A stretch of 64,000 nucleotides of DNA from assembly GCA_016867375.1 (NCBI GenBank), contig VGJQ01000002.1, positions 368 through 64,367 of the forward strand, in the 5' to 3' direction. The number at the start of each line of letters is the position of its first letter. Position 1 is the stretch's first letter. Made by a program: the position numbers and the translations under genes. The notes beneath the pieces are model-generated. The model saw nothing but the letters and a program-made list of their open reading frames with translations. It was not told the origin of the DNA and did no database searches. Shown here piece after piece: positions 46,042 to 54,108 of the stretch. This DNA comes from Candidatus Kaiserbacteria bacterium. Lineage in GTDB: Bacteria > Patescibacteriota > Minisyncoccia > Phycocordibacterales > UBA2100.

Positions 46042-46326
46042 ATGAAAAAGCGCGCCAAGAAGATCAAGACGGAGGTACAGACCGATTACGGATTGTTCGC
46101 GGTTGTGCTTGAGAGCGAACCCGATATGGGTGGGTACATGATAACGGTGCCGAAAGTACCACCTGTAATTACGTGTGGAAGAAACATAACACATGCCAAA
46201 GAAATGGCTCGCGAGGCGATCGAATTAACGCTTGAGACGCAAACACTCCATGCTGCAGAGCAGGCAGGTCGGATCAAGTTCACAAAGAAAGCGTCATTGC
46301 CGGCTCATGGTGTTGCTTTTGCATGA
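46042..46326 (+). CDS. hicB: HicB-family antitoxin
   Basis: GGYMITVPKVPPVITCGRNITHAKEMAREAIELTLE matches the HicB N-terminal RNase-H-like domain. TATACT sits 6 nt upstream of the ATG, so the mRNA is possibly leaderless. Track ORF starts at 45967 (GTG). Confidence 0.65.
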   Translation: MKKRAKKIKTEVQTDYGLFAVVLESEPDMGGYMITVPKVPPVITCGRNITHAKEMAREAIELTLETQTLHAAEQAGRIKFTKKASLPAHGVAFA

Positions 46327-46544
46327 GCACATTGCCGATACTTTCGGCGCGAGAAACGATGCGCCGACTCATACGGCTCGGATTTCGCGTTGAAGGATAT
46401 CGGGGAAGTCATGCGATATTGGTGCACGATCGAACAGGACGGGAAACCACCGTACCGATGCATCCAGGCGACCTTGGCCGGAAGTTGCTCTCCGGCATCA
46501 TCAAACAATCCGGCGTGAATCTTCAGGATTTTCTGAGTGCGTAA
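46323..46544 (+). CDS. hicA: HicA-family toxin (mRNA interferase)
   Basis: RLIRLGFRVEGYRGSHAILVHDRTGRETTVPMHPGDLGRKLLSGIIKQSGV has the HicA dsRBD-like fold signature (GSH..vp.H). 4-nt overlap with hicB. Confidence 0.7.
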   Translation: MSTLPILSARETMRRLIRLGFRVEGYRGSHAILVHDRTGRETTVPMHPGDLGRKLLSGIIKQSGVNLQDFLSA

Positions 46545-46670
46545 GATAGAGAGTGGTCGATATAATCACGATTGGCGGCACGGCGCTTCCCATCGCATCT
46601 GCGTAGTCCTCGACCTCGTCAAAAAGATCGACGCGCAGACGAGTATAAGGGTTCATTTTGAATACAGTAA

Positions 46671-46913
46671 ATGATGAGGTATAATGTAAATGTGAATATT
46701 ATAACCATTCCACAAAGAATCATATCGAACGACGATCTCGTTATCATCCCTCGCAAGGAGTACGAGGCGCTCAAGGCGCGGCCGGTTGTCGCTGAGTTTG
46801 CGCCATCATCGGCGCAGGTGCGCACACTCTCCCGTGCACGCAAGCATTTCAAAGAGGGCAAAACCATTTCCTATGATGAAATCGTCAAGCGAGTGGCGGC
46901 TCGCGGTCGATAA
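46671..46913 (+). CDS. Phd/YefM-type antitoxin
   Basis: IITIPQRIISNDDLVIIPRKEYEALKA matches the Phd/YefM N-terminal pattern (..pvvItrrgkpvaVlls.eeYeaL). A relE-like remnant lies downstream. Confidence 0.55.
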   Translation: MMRYNVNVNIITIPQRIISNDDLVIIPRKEYEALKARPVVAEFAPSSAQVRTLSRARKHFKEGKTISYDEIVKRVAARGR

Positions 46914-46943
46914 CAGTGTCGACAAAATGCTCGGTCGCATCCC

Positions 46944-47035
46944 GCATAAGGGCTCGTCCACACATAATGTACCCATTATTTGTGGACTACACTTATGGGC
47001 CCGTTCATTTGGTGTTGAACTTCGGGACCTAAGGA
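46944..47035. repeat. Module A repeat inserted between the phd-like antitoxin and the truncated relE
   Basis: AAGGGCTCGTCCACACATAATGTACCCATTATTTGTGGACTACACTTATGGGCCCGTTCATTTGGTGTTGAAC. Confidence 0.8.
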
Positions 47036-47048
47036 TGCGGAAGCCCTG

Positions 47049-47231
47049 TTGGATGTCGTTGCGTCCCTCGTCATCAATCCATTCTTGGGTGATATTCAGA
47101 AGATGAAAGGCAAAGACAACGTTTGGCGCAGACGTATCGGCGCATATCGTATATTCTTCGAGATTTACCCATTGGTACGAATTGTGCATGTGTATCACAT
47201 CGAACGCCGCACATCGTCGACATATCGATAG
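47049..47231 (+). pseudogene. relE: RelE/ParE-family toxin lacking its N-terminal ~25 codons (5' truncation coincident with the module A insertion)
   Basis: ..NPFLGDIQKMKGKDNVWRRRIGAYRIFFEIYPLVRIVHVYHIERRTSSTY aligns with the RelE C-terminal two-thirds. There is no in-frame ATG; an upstream in-frame stop lies at 47016, inside the repeat. Confidence 0.55.
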
Positions 47232-47305
47232 TATTCGGGAGTATTGACGTGCAGGCAATACCCAATTACTATCTGCCTCAGACGTAATCAGGAAAGGGTA
47301 AGGAT

Positions 47306-47587
47306 ATGGCTATGAAGGCTCGCTACGCTCTGTTTCTCATACTACTGCTCCCGCTTGCGAGCAGCGCTGCTTTCTACATAAAGCCGGACGATCGGAAGTG
47401 GCCCGAAAAGCCATCGATCTACCTCGTGGAGGCGAAGATTATCATCATGGAGTATGTCGAAGAAATGTCGCAACTGTATAAAACACATATGGGGCAGGAA
47501 TTGTCAGCTCAACAGAAGGCTGAGATAAGGGACGAGACGCTTACCCACATGATCGCACAAGGGAGCTACCGGTTTATAGCACCATAA
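47306..47587 (+). CDS. Small secreted hypothetical protein (93 aa)
   Basis: Signal peptide MAMKARYALFLILLLPLASSAA; followed by a terminator. Confidence 0.5.
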   Translation: MAMKARYALFLILLLPLASSAAFYIKPDDRKWPEKPSIYLVEAKIIIMEYVEEMSQLYKTHMGQELSAQQKAEIRDETLTHMIAQGSYRFIAP

Positions 47588-47593
47588 TCTGAA

Positions 47594-47621
47594 AATCCAG
47601 AGCGTCGCTCTGGATTTTTTC
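47594..47621 (+). terminator. Rho-independent terminator ATCCAGAG-CGTCG-CTCTGGAT + TTTTTT
   Basis: Read directly. Confidence 0.7.
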
Positions 47622-47629
47622 TTGTGGCG

Positions 47630-47664
47630 TAAAGCGGGATTCTTTTTTATTTTTTTGGTATAGT
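47630..47664 (+). promoter_or_regulatory. Second copy of the 33-bp direct repeat. -10 TATAGT at 47659-47664 lies only 7 nt before the gmk ATG, so gmk is probably leaderless
   Basis: Identity with 45935-45969 read directly. Confidence 0.5.
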
Positions 47665-47671
47665 AGGTGCC

Positions 47672-48259
47672 ATGCAGCTCAAACAAGTCGTGGTGATTGC
47701 AGGACCTTCCGGTAGCGGGAAAAATGCGGTGATCGACGAGATCATCAAGATATGTCCGCGCTGCGAACGGCTCGTCACGGCGACCACGCGCGCTCCACGG
47801 GTAGGGGAGATCAACGGTGTCGATTATCATTTCCTCAAACGCGATGAGTTTGACCGGGCGCTTGCAAGCGGAGATATCCTCGAACATCGCTATGTCAGCT
47901 CGCTCGACACGCATTATGGTGTATACAAGCCCGATCTTGAGAGTCGCCTGACGCTCGGTCAGGTCGTGTTCGCGCATCTCGATATTATCGGTGCACGTTA
48001 CCTCAAGGAGCATTACAATGCGACGACGATTTTCATCATGCCGGATTCACTTGAAATATTGGAGAGTCGTGTGCGCGGACGCAACCACGATATGCCGGAG
48101 GAAGAAGTGCAGAAGCGCATGGCGATTGCACGCACCGAAGTCACCGAACATGCTCCAAAATACGACTACCGTGTATTGAATATAAACGGCAAGCTTGATC
48201 AGACGATAGCGCAGGTCGTGGAGATATTAAAAAAGGAAGGATACGACCTGTCGCCATGA
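47672..48259 (+). CDS. gmk: Guanylate kinase
   Basis: P-loop GPSGSGKNA, TTRAPR guanylate-kinase motif, ..GVDYHFL. Confidence 0.8.
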   Translation: MQLKQVVVIAGPSGSGKNAVIDEIIKICPRCERLVTATTRAPRVGEINGVDYHFLKRDEFDRALASGDILEHRYVSSLDTHYGVYKPDLESRLTLGQVVFAHLDIIGARYLKEHYNATTIFIMPDSLEILESRVRGRNHDMPEEEVQKRMAIARTEVTEHAPKYDYRVLNINGKLDQTIAQVVEILKKEGYDLSP

Positions 48260-48840
48260 CGCCCGTCTCCCTACTTTTTTTCGGTTCGCAGGGCTCTGGT
48301 AAGGGGACACAGGTCACCAAGGTCATCGAGTATCTCGCATCCAAATCCGATCGCAAGGTGATCCGTATCGATATGGGTGCGGAATTGCGTGCCATGGTCG
48401 GTGAAGGTGGTCATACCGGACCCTTGGTCAATGCCGTGATTAGCGCGGGCAAGCGCATGCCGGATTTCATGCCAATCTATCTCTCCACTAAAAAGTTCAT
48501 CGAACAGTTCACAGGGACAGAGCACATCATTGCCGACGGTCTCGCGCGTGGTGACGATCAGACGCGTGGCTTTGACGACATGATGCAATTTTACGGACGC
48601 GGCGATTATCAGGTCATCCATCTCGTGCTTTCCGAAGAGGTCGCTGTCCAGAGACTCCTTGCGCGCGGCCGTCCGGACGATACCGAAGAGGCAATCCGTG
48701 CTCGCCTCATCTGGAACAAGCAGATCGTCGAGCCGCAGATTGAGCTTTTGCGCACCCGTGGCAGGCTCGTACATCAGATCAACGGTGAGCAAGATCCCGA
48801 CCTAGTGCATCGCGACATCCTCTTCGCCCTCAAGTGGTAA
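48256..48840 (+). CDS. adk: Adenylate kinase (short, no zinc lid)
   Basis: P-loop GSQGSGKGTQ and GRPDDTEE (RxDD) motifs; 4-nt overlap with gmk. Confidence 0.75.
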   Translation: MTPVSLLFFGSQGSGKGTQVTKVIEYLASKSDRKVIRIDMGAELRAMVGEGGHTGPLVNAVISAGKRMPDFMPIYLSTKKFIEQFTGTEHIIADGLARGDDQTRGFDDMMQFYGRGDYQVIHLVLSEEVAVQRLLARGRPDDTEEAIRARLIWNKQIVEPQIELLRTRGRLVHQINGEQDPDLVHRDILFALKW

Positions 48841-48848
48841 GGGTATTA

Positions 48849-48888
48849 AAAGGCGACGCCTTTTAGGCAAAAAGGCGTCGCCTTTTTC
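48849..48888 (+). terminator. Rho-independent terminator AAAAGGCGACGCC-TTTTAGGCAAAA-AGGCGTCGCCTTTTT
   Basis: Read directly. Confidence 0.65.
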
Positions 48889-48940
48889 TCGCCTTTTGCT
48901 CGACTATGTGTCTGGTGCCCGGGATGGTACAGTGGTCCCT

Positions 48941-49711
48941 ATGATTGCAAAGACCGCAGAAGACCTACAGACGCTACGCGAGGGTGGCCGGCGGCTTGCG
49001 CGGCACGTGAGCACACTGATCGAGATGGTGCAGCCTGGAGTCGATGTGAGAGATATCGAAAGCCTGGCGCGCGATATGGTGGCCCAAGACGGCGATGAGC
49101 TCGCTTTTTTTGGCTACCCGTCGGGCAAGCGTGGTGAGAGATATCCCACCGCAATCTGTCTCTCCATCAACGATGCGATCGTCCATGGCATTCAGAGCCA
49201 GACCGATTATGTGATTCAGGAAGGCGATGTGGTGTCGATTGATTTCGGTATCAAGCACAAAGGCCTCTATACCGATCATGCCAAGACCGTGATCGCGGGG
49301 TCTCCGCTCAATGCCGCGGACGAACGGCTCGTACGCGGCACCTACGAGGCGCTTGCGGTCGGTATCGCAGCGGCGCGCGAAGGCGGCAGGACGGGAGATA
49401 TCGGTGCGGCAGTGGAGGCGATTGCCCAGAAATACGGCTTTGGCTTCCCGCGCGATCTTGCTGGACATGGTGTGGGCAGGGCACTCCACGAAGAACCGCA
49501 TGTGCCCAATTATGGCACCAAGGGCACCGGTGCCTTACTCGAACACCATCTCGTGATCGCGATCGAACCGATGATGACCTTGGGTACCGGCAATCTCTAT
49601 GTCGACAAAGACAATTTTACCTATCGCACCAAAGACGGTTCCCGTGCCGCACACGCCGAGCATACAGTGATCATCACCCCCGAAGGCGCCGAGATTTTAA
49701 CGAAGGAATGA
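48941..49711 (+). CDS. map: Methionine aminopeptidase type I
   Basis: MIAKTAEDLQTLREGGRRLA aligns with the MAP N-terminus. Metal ligands D..D..H..E..E are in conserved blocks (DVVSIDFG, GHGVGRALHEEP). Track ORF starts at 48896. Confidence 0.85.
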   Translation: MIAKTAEDLQTLREGGRRLARHVSTLIEMVQPGVDVRDIESLARDMVAQDGDELAFFGYPSGKRGERYPTAICLSINDAIVHGIQSQTDYVIQEGDVVSIDFGIKHKGLYTDHAKTVIAGSPLNAADERLVRGTYEALAVGIAAAREGGRTGDIGAAVEAIAQKYGFGFPRDLAGHGVGRALHEEPHVPNYGTKGTGALLEHHLVIAIEPMMTLGTGNLYVDKDNFTYRTKDGSRAAHAEHTVIITPEGAEILTKE

Positions 49712-49972
49712 TTAATCGTAGATATCGTGATCGCCGATTTCGTAGAAATGAACGATTTCTTTTGTTGTACCAAAATCGAAAATGATCCGATACTCATTAT
49801 TGACCGAAAAGGCGAGAAAGCCATCGAGAGATCCGGATAATTTGTGCGTCTTCAAGCGTTGATCAAAAGGATCCGCCTGGAATATTTGCACCCTTTTCTC
49901 CGTAAGTAATTTGATGGATAGAGGCAATTTCTTGTATTGCCGCATGAACTTTGAGAGATACTGTATTTCCAT
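49712..49972 (-). CDS. RelE/YafQ-family type II toxin
   Basis: ..THKLSGSLDGFLAFSVNNEYRIIFDF..IVHFYEIGDHDIY resembles the YafQ/RelE core (dHpLqG...ahv.pdwlliY...l.l.rtGtH). Convergent and abutting the map stop. Confidence 0.6.
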   Translation of the reverse strand: MEIQYLSKFMRQYKKLPLSIKLLTEKRVQIFQADPFDQRLKTHKLSGSLDGFLAFSVNNEYRIIFDFGTTKEIVHFYEIGDHDIYD

Positions 49973-49988
49973 GACCCCTTGATACTTG

Positions 49989-50204
49989 CTATCGCCAGTC
50001 TTGTAATGATTTTAAGACCTTGCCCTTGCCTTGGTCAAATTGGCGGCGTTGTGCGTATAAGCTGCGCGCCAGTTGTGCTCGTTTATACTCTCGAATGAGC
50101 GTACGGATAAACTCGCTCGTCGAGGCAAATCCTTCGCGCCTTACCTCGCGCTTGAGCTCATCGGCCATTTCCTTTGGTAACGATATGTTTACGATTGTTC
50201 GCAT
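49989..50204 (-). CDS. Ribbon-helix-helix (CopG/RelB-like) antitoxin
   Basis: MRTIVNISLPKEMADELKREVRREGFASTSEFIRTLIREY; 16 nt upstream of the toxin on the same strand. Confidence 0.6.
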   Translation of the reverse strand: MRTIVNISLPKEMADELKREVRREGFASTSEFIRTLIREYKRAQLARSLYAQRRQFDQGKGKVLKSLQDWR

Positions 50205-50250
50205 GTAATACATTGTATTACACCCTGTTTGAAATGCAAGTGAAGTTAAT

Positions 50251-50412
50251 TTAGGTCCCATTCATAAATTAAGGCTCACTTTTGCTATGCAAGTGTGCAC
50301 TTATGGGCCGATGTATATTCTTATACATCGGCCCGAAGTTCAACACAAAATGAACGGGCCCATACGTGTAGTCCACAAATAATGTACCCGTTATGTGTGG
50401 ACGAGCCCTTAA
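50251..50412. repeat. Composite repeat: module C deletion variant (50262-50310), perfect palindrome GGGCCGATGTATA-TTCT-TATACATCGGCCC (50302-50331), module B (50335-50412)
   Basis: Read directly. Confidence 0.8.
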
Positions 50413-50439
50413 TCATTTACTGAATGCTATACTTTCAGT

Positions 50440-53205
50440 ATGGAAACGCGCGGGATGGAGCGGACATCTTTTACCTCGTCGGAAAAATTTAAATCTCCCC
50501 AAGAGGAGCTTGCCTATCTGCGCGAGCGTGTGCGCGAAAGAGAGCGAGAGCTTGATATCTCGAGCAATCGCCACGAGAGCGATCGTATCGCGCGTCGCGA
50601 GGTCAAAGCGTATGGCGAAGTCCCGGCATCACGCGTCTTGCATGAGCATTTCGTCATACCCGAACACGAAGCAGTCCGCGAGATGATCAAGCTCGAGCCT
50701 GAGACACACGACAAACAGATCGATGGTCTGCTCGACATGGTCGCGCGCAGCGGCATCCGCAATGCGCTTTCGGTCGCATCGCGCATGAAGAATCCCCACC
50801 TCGAAGATGATCTCCATCGCGCGATCGTGCAGTATGTGGCAGAAGGTTTGCCCGACAAAGGTATGGGCGCTCCCGAAAAGGTCCGCAAAGGCCTCACTAT
50901 GGTGCTTTTCGAAGTGCATCCCCAGGCGCACGGCGAAGGGGATCAGAGCAAACAGCCGCACAAGCTCGAGCAACTGCTCTCGTCATCCGAACAGCTCTAT
51001 GCCGGCATCATCTCGCTCGTCGGTGAGGGAGAATCATTCTCGCTCGAGATTGCCGTAGGGCAGGGTACGGAAGAGGCGTCGCTGTATCTGGCTGTACCGC
51101 GCTCAAAGCGGGACCTCGCGGAGCGTCTGATCGCGTCGGTCTTTCCCAATGCGCGTATCACCGAAAATCGCGGAGATTACAACATCTTCAATTATGACGG
51201 CGAACACGCGGCTGCCTATGGAAAGCTCTCCCAGCACCCGGCACTGCCCTTGAAGACGTATGAATCGTTCGAGCACGATCCCCTCAATGTGCTCCTCGTA
51301 GCCTTTGCCCGGATCAAGAAACATGGCGAAGGGGCGGCGTTGCAGATCGTACTCTCCAGCGAAGGCGATCGCTACAACAAACACTACCGCAAAATGCTCC
51401 GCGAGCTCGAGAAGGGAAAGTCTTTGGGTGAGGCGCTGCGTGTGCCCGAGACTATTTTTGGTGAAGTGGTGCATGATCTGGCGAGCTCGATGTTTACGAA
51501 CGATGCGGACAAGGAGAAGGAGAAAGAGCGCGAAATGCGCCGTGTGACCGATTCGGTATCGGCGGAATCTTTGGGTCGCAAGATCAAGACCCGTATCGTG
51601 CCCGCGACGATCCGTATCGTCACCTCCGCACCGACCGCCGAGCGCGCGCATGAGATGCTTACGAATCTCGAGAGTGCATTCGGACAGTTTGACGATGCCA
51701 AGGGCAATACAATGACCTTCAAAAGCGTATCCTCGTGGTATATGCGCGATTTTCTGCGCGCATTTACCTTCCGCGAATTTGACGACTCTGTCATGATGCC
51801 GCTCTCGCTTTCCGAGATCACCTCTGTCTTTCATTTCACCGCCGAGCAGGTGACGACCTCGCGCGAGCTCAAAAAATCCTATGCCAAACAGACTCCCGCA
51901 CCGGTCGAAATGCCTGAAGACGGTATCGTCATCGGTGTCAATCGCTATGGTGGGCAGGAGACGCCAGTGCGTTTTGGTGTCGCCGACCGCTTGCGCCATG
52001 CGTACGTGATCGGTCAGACAGGTACCGGTAAGACGGGTCTCCTCAAAAATATGATCATTCAGGATATGCGCAATGGTGAAGGTGTGGCCTACATCGATCC
52101 GCATGGCAACGATATCGAAGAGCTCCTCGCTGCCGTGCCGCCCGAACGGTACGACGACGTGATCTACTTTGATCCGGCATACACAGCGCGTCCGATGGGA
52201 CTCAACATGCTCGAATACGATATCAGTCGTCCCGAAATGAAGACGTTTGTCATCGATGAAGTGTACGGCATTTTCCGTAAGCTCTATTCGGATGTGCCCG
52301 AGGCGTTTGGTCCGATGTTTGAGCAGTACTACCGCAATGCTGTACAGCTCGTGCTCGAAGATCCCGATACGGGCAACACCTTCGTCGAAGTCGCGCGTAT
52401 ATTTGCCGACTCATATTTCCGCGACATGAAGCTCGCACACTGCAAGAATCCGATCGTCGTGCAGTTTTGGCGCAAGATCGCCGAGCAGGCACAAGGAGAT
52501 CCGTCGCTTGAAAACATCGCTCCGTACATTGTCGGCAAGTTCGATGTGTTCCTGACCAATGACATCATGCGACCGATTGTTGCGCAGGAGCATTCTGCCT
52601 TCGACTTCCGTGAGATTATGGACGATCGCAAGATCTTCCTCGCCAATCTCTCCAAAGGCCGCTTGGGCGATCGTAACACCAGCCTGCTAGGCCTTGTGCT
52701 TGTGTCCAAGTTCCTCCAAGCGGCGTTTTCACGCGTGGATACGCGCGGGGATTTGCCGCCGTTTTACTTCTATATTGACGAATTCCAAAACTTCGCGACA
52801 CCCTCGATCTCGACGATCCTTTCTGAAGCGCGCAAATACAAGCTCTCACTGACGATCGCTCACCAATTCATCGCACAGCTCGACGAAGGCATCCGCGACG
52901 CCGTGATCGGCAACGTCGGTACGAAGGCAGCTTTTCGTGTCGGTACCACCGATGCCGAATTCCTCGCCAAACAATTCGAGCCGGCCTTTGCTGCCTCAGA
53001 CCTCGAAAATCTTCCCAATCGTAATGCCGTGCTCGCTCTCTTGGTCAATGGCAGACCCGCGCGCCCCTTCACAGTCGAGACGATCGAGCTACCAAAAGTC
53101 GACTTCACCAAGGTCGATGCACTTAAGAAGCTTTCATACGATCGATTTGGTAGTGATAGGGGAGAAGTGGAAGCCGACATCCAGCGCAAATTTGACCAAC
53201 TCTAG
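50440..53205 (+). CDS. TraD/TrwB/VirD4-family P-loop ATPase paralog (921 aa) with a ~500-aa N-terminal domain of unknown function
   Basis: Core HAYVIGQTGTGKTGLLKNMIIQDMRNGEGVAYIDPHGN.., FYFYIDEFQNF and LTIAHQFIAQLDEG are collinear with 8977-11166. The N-terminal half has no recognisable motif. Confidence 0.75.
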   Translation: METRGMERTSFTSSEKFKSPQEELAYLRERVRERERELDISSNRHESDRIARREVKAYGEVPASRVLHEHFVIPEHEAVREMIKLEPETHDKQIDGLLDMVARSGIRNALSVASRMKNPHLEDDLHRAIVQYVAEGLPDKGMGAPEKVRKGLTMVLFEVHPQAHGEGDQSKQPHKLEQLLSSSEQLYAGIISLVGEGESFSLEIAVGQGTEEASLYLAVPRSKRDLAERLIASVFPNARITENRGDYNIFNYDGEHAAAYGKLSQHPALPLKTYESFEHDPLNVLLVAFARIKKHGEGAALQIVLSSEGDRYNKHYRKMLRELEKGKSLGEALRVPETIFGEVVHDLASSMFTNDADKEKEKEREMRRVTDSVSAESLGRKIKTRIVPATIRIVTSAPTAERAHEMLTNLESAFGQFDDAKGNTMTFKSVSSWYMRDFLRAFTFREFDDSVMMPLSLSEITSVFHFTAEQVTTSRELKKSYAKQTPAPVEMPEDGIVIGVNRYGGQETPVRFGVADRLRHAYVIGQTGTGKTGLLKNMIIQDMRNGEGVAYIDPHGNDIEELLAAVPPERYDDVIYFDPAYTARPMGLNMLEYDISRPEMKTFVIDEVYGIFRKLYSDVPEAFGPMFEQYYRNAVQLVLEDPDTGNTFVEVARIFADSYFRDMKLAHCKNPIVVQFWRKIAEQAQGDPSLENIAPYIVGKFDVFLTNDIMRPIVAQEHSAFDFREIMDDRKIFLANLSKGRLGDRNTSLLGLVLVSKFLQAAFSRVDTRGDLPPFYFYIDEFQNFATPSISTILSEARKYKLSLTIAHQFIAQLDEGIRDAVIGNVGTKAAFRVGTTDAEFLAKQFEPAFAASDLENLPNRNAVLALLVNGRPARPFTVETIELPKVDFTKVDALKKLSYDRFGSDRGEVEADIQRKFDQL

Positions 53206-53207
53206 CG

Positions 53208-53231
53208 CGTATACAGGTCTGACCTGTGTAC
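53208..53231. repeat. Palindrome GTATACAGGTC-T-GACCTGTGTAC (GTC-N-GAC hairpin family); a second copy at 53722-53746 brackets the small membrane-protein cassette
   Basis: Read directly. Confidence 0.75.
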
Positions 53232-53271
53232 GTGCGGGAATGGGTGCAAATATGGGGTGCAAATATGGGGA

Positions 53272-53328
53272 TTGACATGATGTACTTTTGATTGTTACAA
53301 TGACATCAGGTTGCCGATCTGGTTGGCA
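53272..53328 (+). promoter_or_regulatory. Near-consensus sigma70 promoter (-35 TTGACA 53272-77, 18-nt spacer, -10 TACAAT 53296-53301) plus operator-like inverted repeat TTGCC-N9-GGCAA (53310-53328); preceded by tandem GGTGCAAATATGG x2 (53247-53272)
   Basis: Hexamers and spacing read directly; GAAGGAGT SD before ATG 53350. Confidence 0.55.
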
Positions 53329-53349
53329 ATATAATGAAGGAGTAGGTCC

Positions 53350-53670
53350 ATGTTGGCACTGTTTGGGCTTTTTATCATCGTCGGCGCACTCTTTGCTTAT
53401 ATCGCAGGGCGTACGCGCTGTCTGTCTCGCGGCCCGAGTATACTCTGCGAAGCTTTTGCATGGGTTGCGACAGGGACAGGGTCACTTGGCTATACATTAC
53501 GCTTCGGCGTTAAGAATGGGCCAATGCCTAACCCCGGCTCAACCGACTACTTTCTCCATACGGTCCATATAGGACTTATCATCTGGCTTACGATGATAGT
53601 CATTGGCGTAGTGGTCCTCATAAGCAAAGAATGTGGACGGAAGGGAAAGCCGCTTATGTTCAAGTTCTGA
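53350..53670 (+). CDS. Small integral membrane protein (106 aa, 3 TM helices)
   Basis: Strong SD (AAGGAG), own promoter, hydrophobic sequence. Confidence 0.6.
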   Translation: MLALFGLFIIVGALFAYIAGRTRCLSRGPSILCEAFAWVATGTGSLGYTLRFGVKNGPMPNPGSTDYFLHTVHIGLIIWLTMIVIGVVVLISKECGRKGKPLMFKF

Positions 53671-53721
53671 ATCGAAGACGAAAGGGTGTCTCACAAGGCG
53701 CCCTTTTTCTATTTCACACAG

Positions 53722-53746
53722 ATACACAGGTCTGACCTGTGTACTT
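53722..53746. repeat. Palindrome GATACACAGGTC-T-GACCTGTGTAC (second copy)
   Basis: Read directly. Confidence 0.75.
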
Positions 53747-53792
53747 GGGGGCGCGGATGCTTTCGGCCAGCATTTGAGCCACGTATTGGCGA

Positions 53793-53851
53793 TTGACTTT
53801 ATTTTTAGAGGTGCTATAATTATACTATGAATCAGTCAATGTGACTGATTC
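53793..53851 (+). promoter_or_regulatory. Near-consensus promoter (-35 TTGACT 53793-98, 16-nt spacer, extended -10 TGcTATAAT 53812-20) followed by a perfect 10-bp inverted repeat GAATCAGTCA-ATG-TGACTGATTC (53829-53851, operator-like)
   Basis: Read directly. Confidence 0.55.
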
Positions 53852-53875
53852 TAAATGGTGAGGGAGAAACCACAA

Positions 53876-54013
53876 TGAATCGCATCGTCCCCATTTTGTT
53901 CTTTTTTGCCATGCTCGTGTTTGCCGCCGTCACGACGACGGCCGACGGCCTCGACGGCCCGAGCGATACTCTGCCGAGTTATCCGTGGGGAAACTTCGTC
54001 CCCCCCGGGTGAG
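53876..54013 (+). CDS. Small secreted peptide precursor (45 aa; signal peptide then a ~20-aa Pro/Gly/Asp-rich mature region)
   Basis: MNRIVPILFFFAMLVFAAVTTTA|DGLDGPSDTLPSYPWGNFVPPG. GAGGGAG SD, own promoter/operator, terminator immediately downstream. Below the ORF-track size cutoff. Confidence 0.4.
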
Positions 54014-54022
54014 GCAAACCAA

Positions 54023-54052
54023 AAAGCGCGTCCCCGGGACGCGTTTTGCTTT
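54023..54052 (+). terminator. Rho-independent terminator (CGCGTCC-CCGG-GGACGCG, then TTTTGCTTTT)
   Basis: Read directly. Confidence 0.6.
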
Positions 54053-54108
54053 TGTATGAGTCCGTTATCCGTTGTATTATGGCTGAAAATTGCTATAGTA
54101 TCGCGCAT

